From an uncultured virus (IMG/VR IMGVR_UViG_3300046008_001858) (Duplodnaviria; Heunggongvirae; Uroviricota; Caudoviricetes), in IMG/VR virus record IMGVR_UViG_3300046008_001858: a DNA stretch of 64,000 nucleotides; one strand, 5' to 3'. The stretch's first letter is position 1, and the number at the start of each line of letters is the position of its first letter. Positions 60,009-64,000 of this stretch are shown here, piece by piece. The notes under the pieces were generated by a model. It searched no databases. It worked only from the letters and a program-made list of their open reading frames with translations, and was not told where the DNA came from. Position numbers and translations under genes: made by a program.

Positions 60009-60026
60009 ATATTACTTGTTATTATT

Positions 60027-61190
60027 TTAATAACAAACTTTTGATTTTGTTATGTATGCTGGTTTATATCCAGTACTTGTAGATTGCATATATTTTAATT
60101 TTATACCGCCTGTACAAATAGGACTGTCAGCTCTTATTTTTACAGCATAATCCTTATTATCAAAAATAATTGTTTGATCATAAGTGGTATTCTGATTGTG
60201 GAAACTAGTTCCTCCAGGAAGAATAGTTGTAACTCCATTAAGACCACTAATATCTGTTAATTTAGGATTATCATTTAAATATACACTACCAGGAAGTGTT
60301 TTTAAATTAGCCAAACCATTAAGATTTGTTAATTGATACATCCTTACTAAAAAAATACTACTATAATTAACACCTGTAACATTAATTAAATTATCAATAT
60401 TAGTTAAAGTAAATTGATTAGTAATCCATAATAATCTGATTGGTCCAACTAAACTTAAATAGGTTGAAGGTAATGATTGTCCTAATATTTTTCCAGAAGT
60501 GTTATCCCCACTACATTGTATTATCAATCCTGTACTATAAGTAAATCCTCCATTACAAGTATTATTTGGTGTTGAAATAACAGGTATTGTTCCAGCGCAA
60601 ACATTATTTGTATAAACGTCATTTATTGTTTCTGTATTACCATCGTCACAAGAAGTTCCATCTACAAAAGATGTTCCTACATAAGTTACTAAACCACCTT
60701 GGCATACGTCATTTAACCATGTTTCACCTGTTGTTGCAGGATTTCCATCGTCACATGTAATACCATTTCTATAAACATTATCTATTCCACCTTGACATGT
60801 ATTGTTTAACCATGTTTCTCCGTGTGTTGAAGGATCACCATCGTCACATAATGTTCCATCGGCATGAAGTAAAGTTGAGGCTAAGATTAAATCTGTTGAA
60901 GTTGGATTTGAATTCCCATTTAATACTTGATTGACTATTGTTGTATTATTCGCTTTAGCAACTTCTCCATACTTAAGAGTAAGAGTATTCATAGCTGTAT
61001 TATTTACAGAATCAATACTTAAATTACTTAATACATAAGCCCCAATTCCATCTTGATATGCATCTATTGCTGACATAGAGGAACCACCATTGTCTATTGC
61101 TCTATTAGTAATTGATAATGGGTTTATGTATACAGTTCCAGCTAAAACCACCGAAGAACAGAATATACTTAATTTAAATATTTTTTTCAT
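60027..61190 (-). CDS. Secreted protein: constant N-domain, Cys repeats, LRR-like domain
   Basis: Shared N-domain; three CDDG repeats; LTNIDNL/LTNLNGL/LTDISGL. Confidence 0.85.
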   Translation of the reverse strand: MKKIFKLSIFCSSVVLAGTVYINPLSITNRAIDNGGSSMSAIDAYQDGIGAYVLSNLSIDSVNNTAMNTLTLKYGEVAKANNTTIVNQVLNGNSNPTSTDLILASTLLHADGTLCDDGDPSTHGETWLNNTCQGGIDNVYRNGITCDDGNPATTGETWLNDVCQGGLVTYVGTSFVDGTSCDDGNTETINDVYTNNVCAGTIPVISTPNNTCNGGFTYSTGLIIQCSGDNTSGKILGQSLPSTYLSLVGPIRLLWITNQFTLTNIDNLINVTGVNYSSIFLVRMYQLTNLNGLANLKTLPGSVYLNDNPKLTDISGLNGVTTILPGGTSFHNQNTTYDQTIIFDNKDYAVKIRADSPICTGGIKLKYMQSTSTGYKPAYITKSKVCY

Positions 61191-61380
61191 TTAATGCCTC
61201 TTATATATTATATAGTAGACATTATATCTTCTTTTGATTAACTTTATTTTTTATATCAATTAAATTGTTCATTTCTTTTACGATTAATTTTTGCAGTTAT
61301 TTCCCCATGTTTTTTAAACTCTGAATAATTATTTTCCATTGTTCCTGAAAAAGCGTTTAAAAGTCCAAATAAAAATGCTT

Positions 61381-61917
61381 TCATAAAATCAAATCTCCTT
61401 TAAATAAATTTCCTTCATATTTATTCTCAATTATAGCTTTTTTAATGCAATCTGACGTTCCTATTGAATCAAATAAATGATAAGAATAAATTTCATCTGA
61501 ATTATCAACAATAAATTGATTTCTTTTGTTAAAAACTAATAGAGAATCTTCATCTTTTTCAACTTCAATAATTTTTATTAAGTTTTTATAACTTAAAATT
61601 AAATTATAATTCAATGCTTGAGCTTTTCCGAATTTTGAATGAACTTTTAAATTTTTATGCCACTCTACACTTCCTGGAACACAAATGATTAAATCTAAAT
61701 TTAATTTCATAGCTACTAATGCAAAGATTTCATCTACACCTCTAGCCATACCGCAACAACAAGTTACTTGCCCTTTAGATTTTAAGAATTTTTCTAAATC
61801 TGCAAAAATTTTTTTAAAAACGTCCATATCATATATATTTGGATCATATTTTCTGTTAAAAGGAAATTCTATATTGGCATGACCAGTTATTCCTATAACA
61901 GTCTTCTTTTTAATCAT
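61381..61917 (-). CDS. SLOG-superfamily (YspA-like) protein
   Basis: IGITGH, GMARGVD, RNQFIVDNSD, GT..C. Confidence 0.8.
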   Translation of the reverse strand: MIKKKTVIGITGHANIEFPFNRKYDPNIYDMDVFKKIFADLEKFLKSKGQVTCCCGMARGVDEIFALVAMKLNLDLIICVPGSVEWHKNLKVHSKFGKAQALNYNLILSYKNLIKIIEVEKDEDSLLVFNKRNQFIVDNSDEIYSYHLFDSIGTSDCIKKAIIENKYEGNLFKGDLIL

Positions 61918-62215
61918 CTTCTTCATCTTCTTCTTCGTCACACAATTCTTCAAAATAAACATCTGCATAATCTTTAACTGTATCTATAGCTGAACATTTT
62001 AAATCTTCGAGTGTATCTAAATCAACTGAATCTAATTCAATTGTATTTAATCCTGAATCTAATTGAATTTTATATCTTTTTAAAAAATCTGCTTTTGACT
62101 TGGATGCTAAAAGATAATTTAGATTATGATTGTAAAGATTAAAAGATGAATTTTTATTATCAATATCATCCATAACTGCCTCTAAATTTTTAAGTGATTT
62201 TGTTATTTTATTCAT
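61910..62215 (-). CDS. Acidic hypothetical protein
   Basis: AAGGA RBS; D/E tail. Confidence 0.7.
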   Translation of the reverse strand: MNKITKSLKNLEAVMDDIDNKNSSFNLYNHNLNYLLASKSKADFLKRYKIQLDSGLNTIELDSVDLDTLEDLKCSAIDTVKDYADVYFEELCDEEEDEEDD

Positions 62216-62233
62216 AATTTAATTCCTTTTATT

Positions 62234-62653
62234 TTAGTTTATTTTTTTTAAAAATTTATTATACTCTTTCAATATTTTTTCTACGCTTATTTTTTCATTA
62301 AAGATTACAATCTTATTTAAATTAAAAAAAATATTTTTATTTGCAAGAACTTGCTTACAGATAAAATCAATATGTATTGAATGCAAGTATAAATTTTGAT
62401 CTTTATATCTTGTAAGAGGAGATAAATTAATATAGTCCTCATTATTATCATTTTGTAAAACACTATATTCATTTCCACTTACAGAAATTTTTTTACCAAA
62501 TGAATCAATAAATATAAATGTATATTCATTGAAAGTCATTATTTTTCTTCCTCTAAAATTACAAACATAATTTATATTAAAATTACCATGTATTTTAGAT
62601 GGGGATTTTTTAATATTAGAATGAATATGTTGATCAAAATGTATTGAATTCAT
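62234..62653 (-). CDS. Hypothetical protein, paralogue of 62703..63089
   Basis: GNFNINYVCNFRGRKI vs GNLNISYICDFRDRKI. Confidence 0.7.
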   Translation of the reverse strand: MNSIHFDQHIHSNIKKSPSKIHGNFNINYVCNFRGRKIMTFNEYTFIFIDSFGKKISVSGNEYSVLQNDNNEDYINLSPLTRYKDQNLYLHSIHIDFICKQVLANKNIFFNLNKIVIFNEKISVEKILKEYNKFLKKIN

Positions 62654-62702
62654 AATAATACCCCCAATTTTTTATCTTATTTTATAATAAATCATCTTAA
62701 AA

Positions 62703-63089
62703 TTACATTAAAATATTTTTTAAATACCTTAAATGTTTTGCTTTAAATGAAGTTAAACTTATGGGTTTATTAATAATTAGTAATTTATTAATACGATAAT
62801 GCTCTTCATTGTTATCGACAAAATAAACACACACAATATCCATTGTTATAGATATTAATTTAAATGACATATCATTTATTTCATTGAAAAAATTAAAGTC
62901 AAGATAGTGCAATCCAGATTTTGATTTAACAATATTTTTATTAGTTATTGGAATTGATAAAATTTCATTCTTAGAATTTTTAAATGTTAATAAGTATTTA
63001 TTTATATTTACTATTTTTCTATCTCTAAAATCACAAATATAAGAAATATTTAAATTTCCACTAAGAATTTGTACTTTTGTTGAAAACAT
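62703..63089 (-). CDS. Hypothetical protein, paralogue of 62234..62653
   Basis: AAGGA RBS; similarity to neighbour. Confidence 0.7.
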   Translation of the reverse strand: MFSTKVQILSGNLNISYICDFRDRKIVNINKYLLTFKNSKNEILSIPITNKNIVKSKSGLHYLDFNFFNEINDMSFKLISITMDIVCVYFVDNNEEHYRINKLLIINKPISLTSFKAKHLRYLKNILM

Positions 63090-63278
63090 TTTTAAATCCT
63101 TTATAATAAATATATTTATTATATCAATTTTATTATTAAATGATTATTAGATTTATTTTTATATATAAAAAACTTCTTTTTAAGTTATAAAAACATATAA
63201 TATATCTATAACAATAAGATCCATCTAATGGAAATTTAACTGGTTTTTACTTTTGTAAAAACAAAAAAGGTGTTTAAA

Positions 63279-63935
63279 ATGTCTGTAGAATCTGTTAAAA
63301 ACGATATTCAATCTGTATTGAATCGTGTCAATAGAATTGAACTTGCTCATGGTGGTTGTAATTGTTATCATGGAGATAATAAATTTAAAACTAATTCAAC
63401 TATTAGTTCAGTTGAAAAAGATAATCACGGTGGTTATTATCTTAATATGTATAATGACAATTTAAAAATTGGCGGAGAAGATGACGATGACGAAAACGAT
63501 TCAACTCTAGAAGATAGTTTATTTTCAGCCATAAGAAAAGAAGTTGTAAGTGTCAATAAAGATATTGAAATTATTGAAATTTATGGTCAAGAAAAAGGTT
63601 ATTTTTCTATAAGACTTGCATTAAAAAGTGAGGCTTCAAAAAATAAATCATTGAAAAGTATTAATGAAAAAATTCTTAAATTAGAATTAAAATTAAGAGA
63701 ATTCAATAAAGAAGTTGCTATTAAAATTAGCCAACAAAAATCTAAAAAGAAGACATGTACACATTGTGATAGTAATGTGAATATTGATTTTATAAAAGAT
63801 TCATATAATGCGAGATCTCATTTGTGTCCAGTATGTCATAAACCGATGTACACGGATACGGAATTGAAGAAGCTTAAATCAATAACTGATAAAATCAGTG
63901 AATTGAAAAGTGAAATACAAAAAATTATAGCATAA
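63279..63935 (+). CDS. Hypothetical protein with CxxC...CxxC zinc ribbon in a coiled coil
   Basis: CTHC, CPVC. Confidence 0.75.
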   Translation: MSVESVKNDIQSVLNRVNRIELAHGGCNCYHGDNKFKTNSTISSVEKDNHGGYYLNMYNDNLKIGGEDDDDENDSTLEDSLFSAIRKEVVSVNKDIEIIEIYGQEKGYFSIRLALKSEASKNKSLKSINEKILKLELKLREFNKEVAIKISQQKSKKKTCTHCDSNVNIDFIKDSYNARSHLCPVCHKPMYTDTELKKLKSITDKISELKSEIQKIIA

Positions 63936-64000
63936 AGGGCTAAACATGTTTTTTAAAAAAGAGGAACAAAGTTTTGAAGATATAATGGCATCTATTGAGA

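Noticed and set aside
2577..61882. Other short ORFs nested in or antisense to long genes (e.g. 2577, 2594, 3206, 3460, 9766, 9819, 18575, 22526, 26790, 29754, 32732, 35205, 36389, 39284, 43100, 43780, 53613, 55283, 56310, 61685)
   Set aside because: Shadow frames without RBS over well-supported genes

Overview
This is a very AT-rich, gene-dense window with no housekeeping, rRNA, canonical tRNA, CRISPR, phage structural or conjugation genes. It reads as the accessory region of a megaplasmid or jumbo phage. The TATAAT/AAGGA signals and a CZB chemoreceptor suggest a Campylobacterota host (inference). Recognisable cargo: a type I R-M operon (hsdM-hsdS-hsdR), two stand-alone TnpB elements, a WGR-PARP next to a sirtuin, an MCP-CZB chemoreceptor, a GGDEF-EAL protein, two S8 proteases, a lipoprotein-lipoprotein-lipase cassette, and GGCT, GNAT, DUF1917-like and SLOG proteins. 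The most striking unexplained structures are: (1) an ~8 kb array of 13 small paralogues with three constant motifs and two variable segments that appear to be reshuffled, with a DNA palindrome in the central constant motif; (2) an ~800 nt promoter-to-terminator structured RNA with two tRNA-elbow mimics (GOLLD-like); (3) a cloverleaf antisense RNA with its own target just downstream, heading a further ~500 nt structured non-coding tract; (4) three secreted proteins sharing a constant N-terminal domain with swapped C-terminal domains; (5) TnpB elements with apparently leaderless promoters and imperfect inverted-repeat ends, one cleanly splitting a gene; (6) a dispersed mini-hairpin element, once present in frame inside a gene. 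All family calls come from motifs read by eye; no searches or folding were run.
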